From contig OZ024745.1 in assembly GCA_964016885.1 (NCBI GenBank), forward strand, positions 37,262,001 to 37,326,000: a stretch of DNA of 64,000 nucleotides, written 5' to 3'. The first letter of the stretch is position 1. Every line of letters begins with the position of its first letter. The position numbers and the translations under genes were made by a program. Below the pieces are notes generated by a model. The model did not search any database, was not told the DNA's origin, and worked only from the letters and a program-made list of their open reading frames with translations. This document shows, piece by piece, positions 46,765-61,237 of the stretch. Source of the stretch: Eledone cirrhosa (taxonomy: Eukaryota).

Positions 46765-48493
46765 ATTTCTATTTATTTGCCACCAGGGCATCAAAGATTG
46801 GGACAAATACAAAGGGGGGAGTTTACATACATTTAAAAAGACGTGTAAAAAACATATAACAAATTAAATTTAACAATCGATGTCCTCAATAGGGAGGGGC
46901 GTTGACATGGGTCGCACACACCCCCGAAAAAATGTGCAACCCTCCTCTTCAGGAGCACAAAGAGCGGGTACTTCCTTTCTCTTCTCATTCTTCTCCTTTC
47001 TCACTACAGGCTGATATAGAGAGAAGGCCCATTCACTCGGGCCATTCTCGCTACTTTCACCCATCTTTCATAAAACTTGCTGGGGTAGAGCACCTCTCTC
47101 TCCATTCTGATCCTTCTTCTAAAGTGGTACTTGAAAAAAAAGACCAGTTGTTGGCCGGAGAGAAAGGTGTCTGACCTCAGCCCTTTCAACCTTGTCCACC
47201 ATACAACTTCTTTCGCCATGGCTATCACACAGAGGAAAACCGCCTCTCCTTCGTTTTTGAAAGGGGGAGGCGGTTTGATTGTGACAATGTTCTCGGTGGT
47301 CAACTGGATTGGTCCCACCTGCGACAGTAGTCGTTCTACATAGCCCCACAGGTCAGCAACGCCCGGGCAGTGTACGAATGCGTGTGCGACGGTTTCCTCG
47401 TCACGCATGCATCTTGGACAGATCTTCTTCGAGGGGTCCCTACCCGGGCGCCCGTGTCTGTGGAGCTTGTCCCGAACGGGTAGAGCTCCTCGGTAACATT
47501 GCCAAGCCAGGGACTTTTGGAAGTTGTCCATCGGTCCCGGGCCAAACGTCCTACCGAACAGACTGGCCAGCTCGTCTTCCTCCATGCCCAGAGCCTCTCC
47601 GAGAGCGTCGTCGCACTTACTGCGCACCAACCCTCTATAGAATGTTGAGGTTGAGTCTCCACTGATTGCCGTATCCGCTTGCCAGAAGGCCGCGAGAGCC
47701 TGGACATATTCAATGTGCCAGTCGCCCACTTTTCTCGGTCTTTGCTTGACCCAGGATTGCAGCTCGGTGAGTGAGACGAGTCTCGGAAAGGCTCGCCTCA
47801 CAAACAGGGCCCACACCAGCTCACCGGTGAGGAATACCTGGAGGTACCGTAGCCTTAATGCGTGTCTACGCATCGTCAGCCACGGCATCCCCAGCCCTCC
47901 GTTCGAAGGGTGTTAACAGCAGATGGATCTTCTCACCAAAGGAGCCCGCTTCTTCCAAAGAAATCGGAAGAGCGCGCGCTCCATTTTGGCGAGTGTTTTC
48001 TCTGGGCAAGGCACGACGGTCAAGCGGTAGTAGATGATGGACGCTATATAAGCGTTCGCCACCTCCGCTCGACCTTTCAGGGATAGTTTGCACTCGGCCC
48101 ACTTCTGGGAGAGTGCAAACACCTTGCCCGTTACCTCGTCCCAGTTTTTCTCCACCTGGAGGTCCGGTCCGAACCAGACCCCGAGCAGCTTCACCGGTCC
48201 CTCAGTCCAGCGTTCGACGATGCCGTCGGAGGGCATCGTTTTGCCCCGCCACGTCCCGAGTTGCAAACCGACGGACTTGTCCCGGTTCAGCTTGGCTCCT
48301 GTGAACCTTTCATATTCCTCCAGTAAGGTGCCGATCTGCCCGATTTCCGAGGCGCACGACACCATTACTGTCACGTCATCGGCGTAGGCCGACACCGCTT
48401 TCCGCAATCCCGGTTCCAAGGGGATGCCCTGCAACAGCCCCAGCTTCCTCAGTAGTGGCTCGAGAGCCAGCACATACAGGGGAGGAGAGAGGT
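46765..48493 (-). mobile_element. 5'-truncated Tx1/L1-clade LINE: RT C-terminal half, zf-RVT and 3' UTR
   Basis: PLS..LYVLALEPLL, AYADD, LGVWFG, GGLG, CPRC..ETVAHAFVHC; one in-frame TAA at 47913-47915 joins ORFs 47913-48473 and 47004-47888; AATAAA then (TA)n at the 3' end. Confidence 0.9.
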
Positions 48494-49482
48494 CCCACCA
48501 AATACACCTCCGGAGGACTTTCCTATTGAAATTATCTTGTCTTCGTCAAAGTTTATTATTCCACATAGTATCCACCAAATGTTTACATTTGGTGTGATAC
48601 TCATTATTTTTATTCTTTGTGTCCTTTTTCCCCTGTATGTGGGGTAAAAGGTGAAGTGGGGGGACACAATGGGTGCTATCGAGTACTTTTGAGCTGTTGA
48701 CTGGTTGTTCATCAGCACCGAAATGCTACCAAACAGTTTACCTTTTTGTATGAAGGTTAAGTCCTTCATTGCGTCTTTTAGAACCCGCTCATTTTCATTT
48801 TGTGATAATTGAGCTGGTTTTCTTGTTACGTTCGATATTGTCCTGAAAACCACAGTTTTCAGGACAGCCTCTCTACGTAATTCCTGTGGAGAATTAATGC
48901 TAAAAGCACCGTTTTCGCCAAAAGTCACGAATTGTTTTGCATCTTGTAATAGTTGTTTAGCATTTGTTATGTCTATTGGCGTGTATAGTTCGTTTTTTTT
49001 TTACGGTCTGTGCAAATGTTGTTTTGGTGTTGTTGTCTTTCGTGTTACTGTCACTGTTGGTAATATTGGTGTTGCTATTGTTGCAGTTGTTGGTTGTGGT
49101 GTTGTTGTCATTGTTCTTGTTGCTGGTGCTGGTATTATTTGCCGGATTTGGTTTCGCGGTTTCGATATTTTCCACGTTTTTCGATGATGCGAGGGGCGAC
49201 GGCTGCAAGCTTTGCACTCCTACCTTCCCTCTACCACTTTTCTTAGTGGGCGTGGCACTCACGACAGTGTGCGAGGTGGAAATGGCATCCATTGCCACCA
49301 AGTCTACAGTTTTTAGATGAAAATTGAAAATTTCGCCCCAGAAAGGGGCGAAAGTTTGTTGACTTAACGTCTGACGGCCAAGGCAAGGGGCTAAACCAAA
49401 CAATGTTATTAAATTGATCAATAAACTCACAGTTTTTTTTTACAACAATCCGTAAGAATCCGGAGCAAAGTGAATCACGTCT
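48494..49482 (-). mobile_element. Probable LINE 5' UTR plus frameshifted ORF1 fragment (AT-rich)
   Basis: ORFs 48957-49430 (MDAISTS..TFAQTVKK) and 48449-48928; clearly lower GC than the adjacent RT; satellite resumes at about 49490. Confidence 0.5.
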
Positions 49483-49985
49483 ATATCAAGTGGTAATTGA
49501 TATAGAGAGTGGTATTGGAAGAGAGTTACCTGTAACAAATATAGTGAGAGGGAGAATGTAGCGTTAATTGATATAGAGAGGGGTATTGGAAGAGAGTTAC
49601 CTCTATCAAATATAGTGAGAGGGAGAGTGTGGCGTTAATTGATATAGAGAGGGGTATTAGAAGAGAGTTCCATGTAGTAGATATAGAGAGGGGGAGAGTT
49701 TGGTGGTAATTGATATAGAGAGGGGTATTGGACTGGAACAACATGAAATAAGATGTCTTTGCTACACAACGCGCCACACAGCACGGAAATTGAACTCACA
49801 ATCTTACGTTTGTGAGCCTAACACTCTAACAACTAAGCGTCTAACAACTAAGCGTCTGGAATCTGGAGAAATGTAAACCTTCGAAACACAAGAAATGAAA
49901 GAGAAAGAGCAAAACAAAATGAGTTTTGTAATGTATGTAGGATAACTTGTGACCAATTCAGACATGATTATTATAATTAGCTTTT

Positions 49986-50021
<36 letters not shown>

Positions 50022-50777
50022 TGTTTTGCATTAACCTCTTTAAACTGTCAAAATATATTTCAAAATGACTGATTAAATTGCTGTTCTTATCGTATTTTTT
50101 CTGTCGTTGCATGCAGCTTCATCTTGTAGTTGTCGCCGTTCTAGTAGTAGTAGTAGTAGTAGCAGCAGCAGTAGTAGCAGCAGTAGCAGCAGTAGTAGTG
50201 GTTGCTATTATTGTTTGTAACGTACTCTATATAATAGACAGTCGCAGAACCTTTGTGTCAAGTCGAAGGAAACCAATATATTTATTATTCAGGCAGTATG
50301 TCGGATATAATTTTATTTTATGAATAATCTCAACTACAACAACAACAATCGAATTATGTGCTTTAAACTGAGAGTAAATATTTATGACTCAAGAACGAGC
50401 AGGTAGATTTTCTGTTTCTTGTGTAGACATTTTCGATTAATTCATTAATAAAAGATTATATGGTTTGGAATTTGTGGAAAATTTCGGTTAATATAATAGT
50501 AATAAATTCAAGTTAGTGATCAGTCTCCTCAAGTAGATTCTTGTTGTCGTTGTCAGAGTTTTCATGTGCCGGAGAAAGGACCGTTACGTTCTGAGTTCAA
50601 ATTCCGTTGAGCTCAATTTTGCATTTCGTCCTTCCGGGGACGATAAGATAATGGACTAGTCGAGTACTAGTCGCGTTTATCAACTGCACCCCTCTCTATA
50701 CCCTTTCCTCTCCACGAAATAAATTGATGGTCTGGTGCCTGAATAATAAAAAACAACATTACTATTGCTGCTGCTAA

Positions 50778-50978
50778 GAGTGGTAGATTGGTAGAATCGA
50801 TAGTGCGTCGGACAAAATGCTTTGAGGAGTTTGTTCCTGATCACGCCGACGTCAGCTTTCTCTTCCACCCTTACGGGGTTGATAAAATAAAGTACATGTA
50901 ACACACTGGGTTAGATGTAATCGATTTTGCCATCCTCTTCAAAATGAAGGCCTTGTAACAAAAATATAAACAATTATT
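50778..50978 (+). mobile_element. Diverged tRNA SINE
   Basis: A box, core and tail. Confidence 0.65.
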
Positions 50979-51598
50979 ATTATTGCTGCTGTTGGTGTCA
51001 CTCCTTTTGCTTAGCACCAGATTAGCTCTTATCCAGAAATTCAGTAATTGGAGAAGTTCCAAACGTAATCATACTGTCCTTTTTTTTTCAGAAGATTTAT
51101 GTATTGTTTATTCAGAGGAAGGAGACCAAAGCCCATGCATGCACATTTTCTAAACCTTCATGTTTAGTGGATAAACATGGGGAAATCATCCTGAGAATAG
51201 ATACCTGGACGAATTGCTGGCAATAGAAAGAACTCTACCAAAAGCACCAATAGAGTATCTGAGATTACTATTGTGGCATATGTTCATTCATCCTTACGAA
51301 GGTATGGTTCGATTTGAAGGACATCTGCTTGCTAATTCTAGTAGATGTTTCGACCATGTAAAGGCTTTATCACTAACTTATAATGACCTCCACCGGAGAA
51401 CAAATTGTGAGTTGAACAACAATTAAATTGCTTTTTCTATTCTTAGTTGAATGACTTTCAAGGAAGAAGTTAACACCACTACTTTTCATTTCTTAAGCAT
51501 AGAACTCTGTATTTCAGGACAACAAACTGATATTTCACTTCTACTAAAAGACGCATATAAGGCCTGATTTTGTAGTCTTCGGTAGACAGAAACTGCGC

Positions 51599-52988
<1,390 letters not shown>

Positions 52989-53479
52989 TAAACGGAATAG
53001 AAAATGCTGACAAATTGTTCACAGTTGAAAAATGGTTTAATTAGGAATAAAAGAGTATTAGTGATTGTATGGGTTAGTATTCAGTTGTGGTTTTAAGTTT
53101 TTAAGTTTTTACCGGTTGCGCATTTCTAAATGCTTTTCAAAAATAATTTTGAGATAGAGTGTCCGTGCTGTTTGCTCTGATCTGATTAGTTTTGGGAATT
53201 CTACCTGTTTTTATGTTAAAAAAATGGCTCCAGCGTTATTTTTGTGTTGCAAAAATGCTTGTGGTCAAAACAATTTTGATTGGTCGGTAGAGGTCATGTG
53301 AATGTAAAAAGTTGATTTTGCGCCAAGACTGTTTTTATGTTAAAATGTTAGAAAAGTGGCTCCAGCAAAAATTATTGGTCAAAACAATTTTGATTGGTCG
53401 GTAGAGGTCATGTGGATAAAAAATTGGTTTTGCGCCAAGATTGAGAAATGACTCTTTCACAACAAATATGTGTGTGTGT

Positions 53480-53521
<42 letters not shown>

Positions 53522-53590
53522 TAGTAGTAGTAAGGTGTTCGATGCTGCGACAATAGCCACCAGCGATGTGTGTCAAATGGCTATTAAGAT

Positions 53591-53630
<40 letters not shown>

Positions 53631-54132
53631 ACATACACACAGCAGAGTCATTCGAAGGTCAAAAGATATTTTTTAGCTTTTGTCTTATACGGAGAAGTGC
53701 GTGTGTGTGTGTGTGTGTGTATAAGTCTCTTTGTATGTTGATGTACGCGTGTGTATGTGTTTGTGTATATATGTGTGTGTGTGTGTGTGTGCGTGTGTGG
53801 GTGGACCAGTATTTTTTTCCCCCCTGGTAAAATGGTGTACATTATTCGATTTTTTCAGTAAAATCGGTTCTCTTAATAGAACATCAACAATCTTAACAAT
53901 AAAAGGTGTGAAATGATATTCACTATATATATATACACACACACACACATATATATTTTCACTACATATATATATATATATATACATATATACATACATA
54001 TATATGCACATATATTTTTTTGTATTGCACCATAGAGCATGTGTGTTTACGTGTGTCATTGTGTTTATATGTGGGTAGAGATGTGTGCTGATGTAGGTAT
54101 GTATGTTGACGTGTGTATGTTGTGGGTTCGTC

Positions 54133-56019
54133 TTAGGGAGAAGTGTTTAGACGGGGTTCGTATTTGTTAATGAAGTAAGATTCCTTGCTGATGCGCTGGG
54201 TGTGGGTGGCATTATCTTTAAATTTGTAGAGGGGAAAGATTCTGAAGTTGGGATGATTTTGGGCGGCGCAGGTATCAATGTGTTCACTCAGTGGTATTTT
54301 CCTGTATTCCCGTATTTTAATTTGGGATCTATGGACAGTCATGCGTTGGCGGAGGCTGTTTTTGGTCTGGCCTATGTATTGTTCTCGACAACCTGAACAA
54401 GTTAATACATATATTAAATTTTCCGATGCACATGTGAAATTGTGTTTTACTATAAAACGTTGTCCATCTTTGAAATAGAATTCCGAACCCTCTATTAGGT
54501 TGATGCAAATGCCACAGTTGGGTCTATCGCATTTTTTTACTGTGGGTTTCGTTGTTGTGGTTGGCAGTACTTTGGCATGTGTCAAGATGTTTTTCATTGA
54601 CTTGGATTGTCTTTTGCTCTTTATGATATCGTGTGTTCGTAGAATTTGGTTCATTCTATGGTCCTTTTTCAATACAGGGATGTTCTGGAGGATGGTGTCA
54701 AAGGCCTCGTTGTTGAGGGGGTTATGTGTGGAGATGTATGGAAGAGCTTTTAGTTTTGGTTGATTTACTTTAGGGTGTCTAAGGTCCTGGGTACTGAGTT
54801 TTAGGGCACGTTGGATTCCATTGTCAATTAGTGATGCAGGGTAGTCCCTGCCTATGAGTGTGTCCTTTAGTTCTTGTAGCCGTAAGTAGCAGATGTTTTT
54901 ATTGGAGACTATAGTACAGATTCTCTTGGCTAAGTTGTAGGGAATATTAATTTTAACGTGTCTAGGGTGGCAAGAGTTGAAGGGGAGGTATTGCTTGGAG
55001 TCTGTGGGCTTGTAGTATATGTCTGTTTCTATTTTTTTGTTATGGATCTTAATGAGGATGTCGAGGAAGGGGAGTTGTTGATGGCTGTATTCCATCGTGA
55101 AGTTAATATTTGTGTTGAGCCCATTTATAAGGGTGTGAAATTCTTTAAGTTTTTCGATGTTTTCGTGCCAAAGGATGAAGCAGTCATCTAGATATCGCTT
55201 CCAGTTCCTTTCAATGTGTAAGTGGAGGGTGTTTCCAAATTTGTTTAGGACTTTAGTGTAGAGGGTGATTTCCAGGTATCCCATGACTAGGTTGGCATAC
55301 GTAGGGGCTGTTTTCGTTCCCATAGCGGTCCCAGATTTCTGCCTGTAGGGTTTGTTATTGAAAACGAAGTAATTGTTCTCCAAGATAAATTTGAGTCCCT
55401 CTATCACGAATTCTTTTTTGATGCGTTGTGGGAGTTCATTGTGGAAGTTATCCAGCCAGAATTGGATAGCTTCTATTCCTAGGTTGTGGGGGATGTTGGA
55501 GTATAGGTTGACTACATCGAACGTCACTAGTAGGGTTTGTTCAGAAAGTGGCATATTAGGGAGGTGATTGAGCATATGTAGGTCGTCCCTTATATAGCTT
55601 TTGATGTGCTTGAGGAAGGGTTTGAGAAGGGTATCAATGAAGTTGCTAAGACGGTGCGTTTCGCAAGCGGGGCCTGCTATTATAGGTCTTAATTTGAGAT
55701 CATTGGGTGAGGGGACATTGATGACTATGTCTGTGGCTTCCTTGCATGCCTTACTGATTGATTCGCTTTTATGTACTTTAGGGATACCGTAGAAAAGGCT
55801 GGATTTACTTGTGAAGTCTGTGATGAAGCTGAATTCCTTGTTAGTGAGTCCTTCTTTGTATTGGTTGATTAGAGTTTTTAGGTTTCTCATAATTTTCTGT
55901 TGATTGTAGTGTTCAGCCTTTTCGTAGTATTTTTCGTTTTCCAAAGTGGAGAGCGCTAAGTTGATATAGAATTCTGTCTCCATTAGGACTACTGTACTCC
56001 CTTTATCAGCCTCTTTAAT
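54133..56019 (-). CDS. Penelope-like retroelement ORF: RT plus GIY-YIG endonuclease, 5'-truncated at (TA)n
   Basis: The frame extends upstream of the track Met to IKEADKG; motifs FYGIPKVHK, LRPII, FDVVNLY, GTAMG, RYLDD, LPFLD; Cys linker CDRPNCGIC; NLIYVLTCSGC..YIGQT; H..H; terminal PRLN; no internal stops. Confidence 0.95.
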   Translation of the reverse strand: MKEADKGSTVVLMETEFYINLALSTLENEKYYEKAEHYNQQKIMRNLKTLINQYKEGLTNKEFSFITDFTSKSSLFYGIPKVHKSESISKACKEATDIVINVPSPNDLKLRPIIAGPACETHRLSNFIDTLLKPFLKHIKSYIRDDLHMLNHLPNMPLSEQTLLVTFDVVNLYSNIPHNLGIEAIQFWLDNFHNELPQRIKKEFVIEGLKFILENNYFVFNNKPYRQKSGTAMGTKTAPTYANLVMGYLEITLYTKVLNKFGNTLHLHIERNWKRYLDDCFILWHENIEKLKEFHTLINGLNTNINFTMEYSHQQLPFLDILIKIHNKKIETDIYYKPTDSKQYLPFNSCHPRHVKINIPYNLAKRICTIVSNKNICYLRLQELKDTLIGRDYPASLIDNGIQRALKLSTQDLRHPKVNQPKLKALPYISTHNPLNNEAFDTILQNIPVLKKDHRMNQILRTHDIIKSKRQSKSMKNILTHAKVLPTTTTKPTVKKCDRPNCGICINLIEGSEFYFKDGQRFIVKHNFTCASENLIYVLTCSGCREQYIGQTKNSLRQRMTVHRSQIKIREYRKIPLSEHIDTCAAQNHPNFRIFPLYKFKDNATHTQRISKESYFINKYEPRLNTSP

Positions 56020-56491
56020 ATTTATATATATATGCGCAGTTTCTGTCTACCGAAGACTACATAACCAGGCCTTATATGCGTCTTTTAGTAGAAGTGAAAT
56101 ATCAGTTTGTTGTCCTGAAATACAGAGTTCTATGCTTAAGAAATGAAAAGTAGTGGTGTTAACTTCTTCCTTGAAAGTCATTCAACTAAGAATAGAAAAA
56201 GCAATTTAATTGTTGTTCAACTCACAATTTGTTCTCCGGTGGAGGTCATTATAAGTTAGTGATAAAGCCTTTACATGGTCGAAACATCTACTAGAATTAG
56301 CAAGCAGATGTCCTTCAAATCGAACCATACCTTCGTAAGGATGAATGAACATATGCCACAATAGTAATCTCAGATACTCTATTGGTGCTTTTGGTAGAGT
56401 TCTTTCTATTGCCAGCAATTCGTCCAGGTATCTATTCTCAGGATGATTTCCCCATGTTTATCCACTAAACATGAAGGTTTAGAAAATGTGC

Positions 56492-57399
56492 AGACACATT
56501 GAATTCTGTAGTGTAAATGAGATACACTGTCAGAATAACAGAGAGTATCTCTTTCTTCTGTTTCTTCTGCCGTTGCTGAACTCTCGATCTACGTGTCTCT
56601 CCTCTTCTTATCACTCATGATGTGTCCACCCCTCCTCTATACCTTTCACTAACCACTTTGCCCAGAATATTGGCTCTTTGGAACTCCTCCAGTCTTCATG
56701 TTTTTCTCAAACAAAAACCATAGCTCATGACATTCACCTTGACATTCGCCTTGAAAAGATGTGTCTCAATGCAAAATGTCACATACCTTTGTGCATATTT
56801 GTGGCCAAGAACTTTTGAACATACATACATTTACTTTGAGGAATTAAAATTATTTGATTGGCAAAATTGTCAGTGTTGAACAAAATGGCGTTAGGGCGCA
56901 TTATCCCTCCGAGGTTGACTTTGCCTTTCATCCTTACGGGGTCGATAAAATAAAGTACCAGTAATGCACTGGTTAATTGCTGGCCTTGTGCCTAAAGTAG
57001 AAACAATTATTGAGTTTACATAAACAGTTTTAGATTTTGATTTCAAATCACATCGAAGTCAAATTTGTTTTCAAATTTGTTTTCATCCTTCTGGTGACGG
57101 TGATTAAATAAAATAACTTGTTATATTCTCCAATACTTGATGCATTTTAAATCCATATACATTTACTATTTTACTGGTTTTAGTCATTAGCCTCTGACCA
57201 TGTGCCAACGACTGAGCAAAGTTAGTCAATCATATAAACCACAGTAGTACTTTTTTTAGGTATGGTACTTATTTTATCGATTTATTTATGTCGAATCGCT
57301 AAGTTACGTGACTGACACAAGTAAACAAACTAGGTAAACACATACTCTGACAATTCAACAGGAATCTCAGTTCACATAGTTTCAGAAGTATGATACTAC

Positions 57400-57439
<40 letters not shown>

Positions 57440-58156
57440 CTCTACACCTCGACACGTAACTTAGCGATTCGACATAAAGAAATCGATAAAATAAGTACCA
57501 TACCTAAAAAAAGTAGTACTGTGGTTTATATGATTGACTCAGTCGTTGGCACATGGTCAGAGGCTAATGACTAAAACCAGTAAAATAGTAAATGTATATG
57601 GATTTAAAATGCATCAAGTATTGGGGAATATAACAAGTTATTTTATTTAATCACCGTCACCAGAAGGATGAAAACAAATTTGAAAACAAATTTGACTTCG
57701 ATGTGATTTGAAATCAAAATCTAAAACTGTTTATGTAAACTCAATAATGCGCCCTAACGCCATTTTGTTCAACACTGACAATTTTGCCAATCAAATAATT
57801 TTAATTCCTCAAAGTAAATTTATGTATGTTCAAAAGTTCTTGGTCACAAATATGCAAAAAGGTATGTGACATTTTGCATTGAGACACATCTTTTCAAGGA
57901 GAATATCAAGGTGAATGTCATGAGCTATGGTTTTTGTTTGAGAGAAACATGAAGACTGGAGGAGTTCCAAAGAGCCAATATTCTGGGCAAAGTGGTTAGT
58001 GAAAGGTATAGAGGAGGGGTGGACACACCATGAGTGATAAGAAGAGGAGAGACACGTAAATCGAGAGTTCAGCAACGGCAGAAGAAACAGAAGAAAGAGA
58101 TACTCTCTGTTATTCTGACAGTGTATCTCATTTACACTACAGAATTCAATGTGTCT
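56492..58156. repeat. About 700-bp inverted duplication (56492-57310 / 57453-58156)
   Basis: Arms are reverse complements with scattered substitutions; only the left arm carries a SINE. Confidence 0.95.
56905..57010 (+). mobile_element. 5'-truncated SINE inserted in one arm only
   Basis: Empty site visible in the right arm; attat flanks both ends. Confidence 0.85.
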
Positions 58157-58616
58157 CACAGTTTTCTTAAAATAAAAATTTTAAAGTATTGAATATGATT
58201 TGGCTGCTATATTTAGAAGGTTGTGCGACCACGTAGACGCCTCCGATTGTATTTGTAGGCTTCATCCTCATGAATTCTGTCACTAAAAACGTGCTTGGCT
58301 GCACAATACTTAACATTACTTTCAGCTGGAGAAACGTTTACGTCTGCCATATTGGAACGTGACATCTAAGATGAACGAACAATTTTCAAACGGTCCAATG
58401 ATAAAAAACTATATAATAGATTAGATTACAAGCGATTTCTTCATTGGCATACGAGTTACTTACAATAAATATTGCAAATATCGATCTTTTTACACCACTA
58501 ACAAATCCCATTTTGTTACAGTGTAAGCCGACACAATTATATCTCACATGTAAAAATATTGGTCGTGTTACCAGTCAAAAGAAACCTCATTAGATAATGA
58601 TGTGTCATGGCAACGG

Positions 58617-58731
<115 letters not shown>

Positions 58732-58875
58732 GTGTATAGCGATAGCTGATGAAGGTAATGTCCCGCAGTGCAATTATTATGTAGAATATATATGTATATA
58801 TATCTATATATAAGGTAGACATACAGATAAGGATATGTTGCGAAATAGATACACACACACACATATATCTATATC

Positions 58876-58980
<105 letters not shown>

Positions 58981-59100
58981 GTGTGTGTGTGTGTGTATCT
59001 ATTTCGCAACATATCCTTATCTGTATGTCTACCTTATATATAGATATGTTGCGAAATAGATACACACACACACACACACATATATCTATCTATCTATCTA

Positions 59101-59201
<101 letters not shown>

Positions 59202-59774
59202 TTATATATATATATATATGTGTGTGTGTGTATCTATTTCGCAACTTATGTGTATGTCTACCTTTCTGAATTACTACCAACTTCTCTTTAATACCACCGC
59301 AGTGCTAAAACGGTGTTTTTCTGCTATACCTGTTATTGCCCCACTTCTCTCTCTACTACTCTTATGCTATTCCTAACACTTACGTGCCAATCCTTTTTGT
59401 TTCATTATTTATATTCCCTTTTGAGGGCGGTATAGGTAGTTACAGCTCTTTACGTTCTGAGTTCTAATCTCGCCGAGGTTAGCTTTGCCTTTCATGCTTA
59501 TGGGGAAGATAAAATAAAGCACCAGTAAAGCAGTGGAGTCTATTTAATCGAATTTCCCTTCCCCCAAATTTGTTTGCCTTGTGCCTAAATCTTATTTCTT
59601 ACCGAAGAATTTTTCTCCTTTTGTGTTCTGCGTTCAATTCACGATATGAGCAACTTGAGGTAAAACTTAATCCGTCACTCGTTATAATGCTCTCATCTGG
59701 CTCTCGGGTGCAATAAAACAACACTCATTATCGACAAGATGGGAGACATCATTGGCTTAACAAGTGAGGTGGAG

Positions 59775-59977
59775 CTCGTCAAATCGGACCGAAGAAACAA
59801 TGTTTCCATTGGTCTTTCCAATGGCTAATACAATCTATCGTTCGGAAATCCAGATAGAAAGAGCAACGTGAAATAAAGTGTCTTACTCAAGGACATATCG
59901 CATCACCCTGTCCGTGAATCGAGCTCACAACCTCACGATTGTGAATTCAATTCTCTAACCACTCAGCCACGCGCCTC
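59775..59977 (-). mobile_element. CORE-type tRNA SINE
   Basis: Similar to 23290-23492. Confidence 0.7.
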
Positions 59978-60723
59978 ATTATATCATTTAAAATAACTGT
60001 ATTTTTTAAAAATACTCATACAAAACAGAAAATCATTTAAGATTTAGGCAATCTTTCAAGGATAAATTCATCAACAATTCAGTTTAGAATAAGACTGCAA
60101 CATTTAAAATTAACCATGCGAATAACTTTGACCTGTTTAGCTGAGGAGAAAACGTTAAATTCTGATGTTATTATCTTTTCAACTTGTCCAGTCTCGAACG
60201 AAACCACATCTTTTTAACTTTTGATTTTGAAAGTAGGTTTATAATTATCAATTTTCCTTACTCGCTCGTAGCTGTCTCGGTGGCCTACATGGAGGACGCA
60301 AACACGGTGGTGATCCTGGTCGGAAGTTCGATCCTGGTCGGTGGTAGGGTTTCCAGTAAACCTTTTCAGTTTTTTTCTATGGGTTGTAAAATAAAATCTG
60401 AGAAAGTTTACATGTACCTCTTGATCAGGATTGTACCCAAAGCCAGGCTCCCCACCGTCTCTAGTACCTACTACTAGGCCACAGAGACAACTACGAAAAC
60501 CTTATGAAAATTCATACCTATAAACCTACTTTCAAAGTTTTCAAAACAAAATGATGTGGTGTCGTTCGTGTCTTTCTTAATGTTATTGCACCTACTTAAG
60601 GTCGACTTCTAAATCAATTGCGTGTTCTATAAACTACATCCTCGTTGTGTTTCTCATCTATCTAGACTACATCTTAACCTGCAATCCATGTTTCATTTCT
60701 GTTCCACCCCATTTCTACCCCGC

Positions 60724-60765
<42 letters not shown>

Positions 60766-60927
60766 TTTTTTTTTTTGGGCGGTAATTTACTTCCTCAGTT
60801 TTGAATCAGTTTGAGCATTTCTTTAGAACTGCTGGACTAGCAACCTAACAGATACCTCAGGCACTGATGATGATTATCGCTAAATGCTGATGTTGATTAG
60901 ACTATCAATATTAGTATTATTGGGGCA

Positions 60928-61054
60928 CCCACTGATGAATTATAGGAGCCCACTTGAATATATATCTATTGATGGTATACAAGCTCCTACATAAATTGGT
61001 ATAATTTCACCCAAATTGTAGGAATCCTATAATGAAACGAGACGTCCGTCTGGG
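60928..61054 (+). ncRNA. Type I hammerhead with a greatly extended stem II
   Basis: ccca-CTGATGA-attatagga..(77 nt)..tcctataat-GAAA-cg.agacgtc.cg-TC-tggg; GUC triplet. Confidence 0.75.
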
Positions 61055-61237
61055 AAGAGATATATTCGATATGTCTCATATGAAATAATACAGCCGATTT
61101 TCCACGCAATACTTTTAGTTAGCACCCCGAACGCTTAATTAGGAATATAATCACTTATTTCCTAATGTTTGTTGAGGGAGTTGGAATTTGGCCGGAGTAT
61201 CGCTAAAAAGCTTTCTCCGATATTGTATTTATATATA

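Larger units (their letters stand above)
45600..49735. repeat. Degenerate GA-rich tandem repeat (gatatagagaggg units about 30 bp apart) split by nested insertions
   Basis: Units at 45600-45967, 46667-46760 and 49490-49735. Confidence 0.7.

Noticed and set aside
51214-51426. Identical 70-aa ORF occurring twice
   Set aside because: A by-product of the inverted duplication; non-ATG start and no recognisable motif
53205-53445. Diverged tandem duplication of about 120 bp between the stem-loop and the PLE
   Set aside because: Real, but no motif, ORF or ribozyme could be assigned
54133-56019. Selenoprotein-type PLE (in-frame UGA plus SECIS)
   Set aside because: No in-frame TGA in the visible ORF, and I recognised no SECIS
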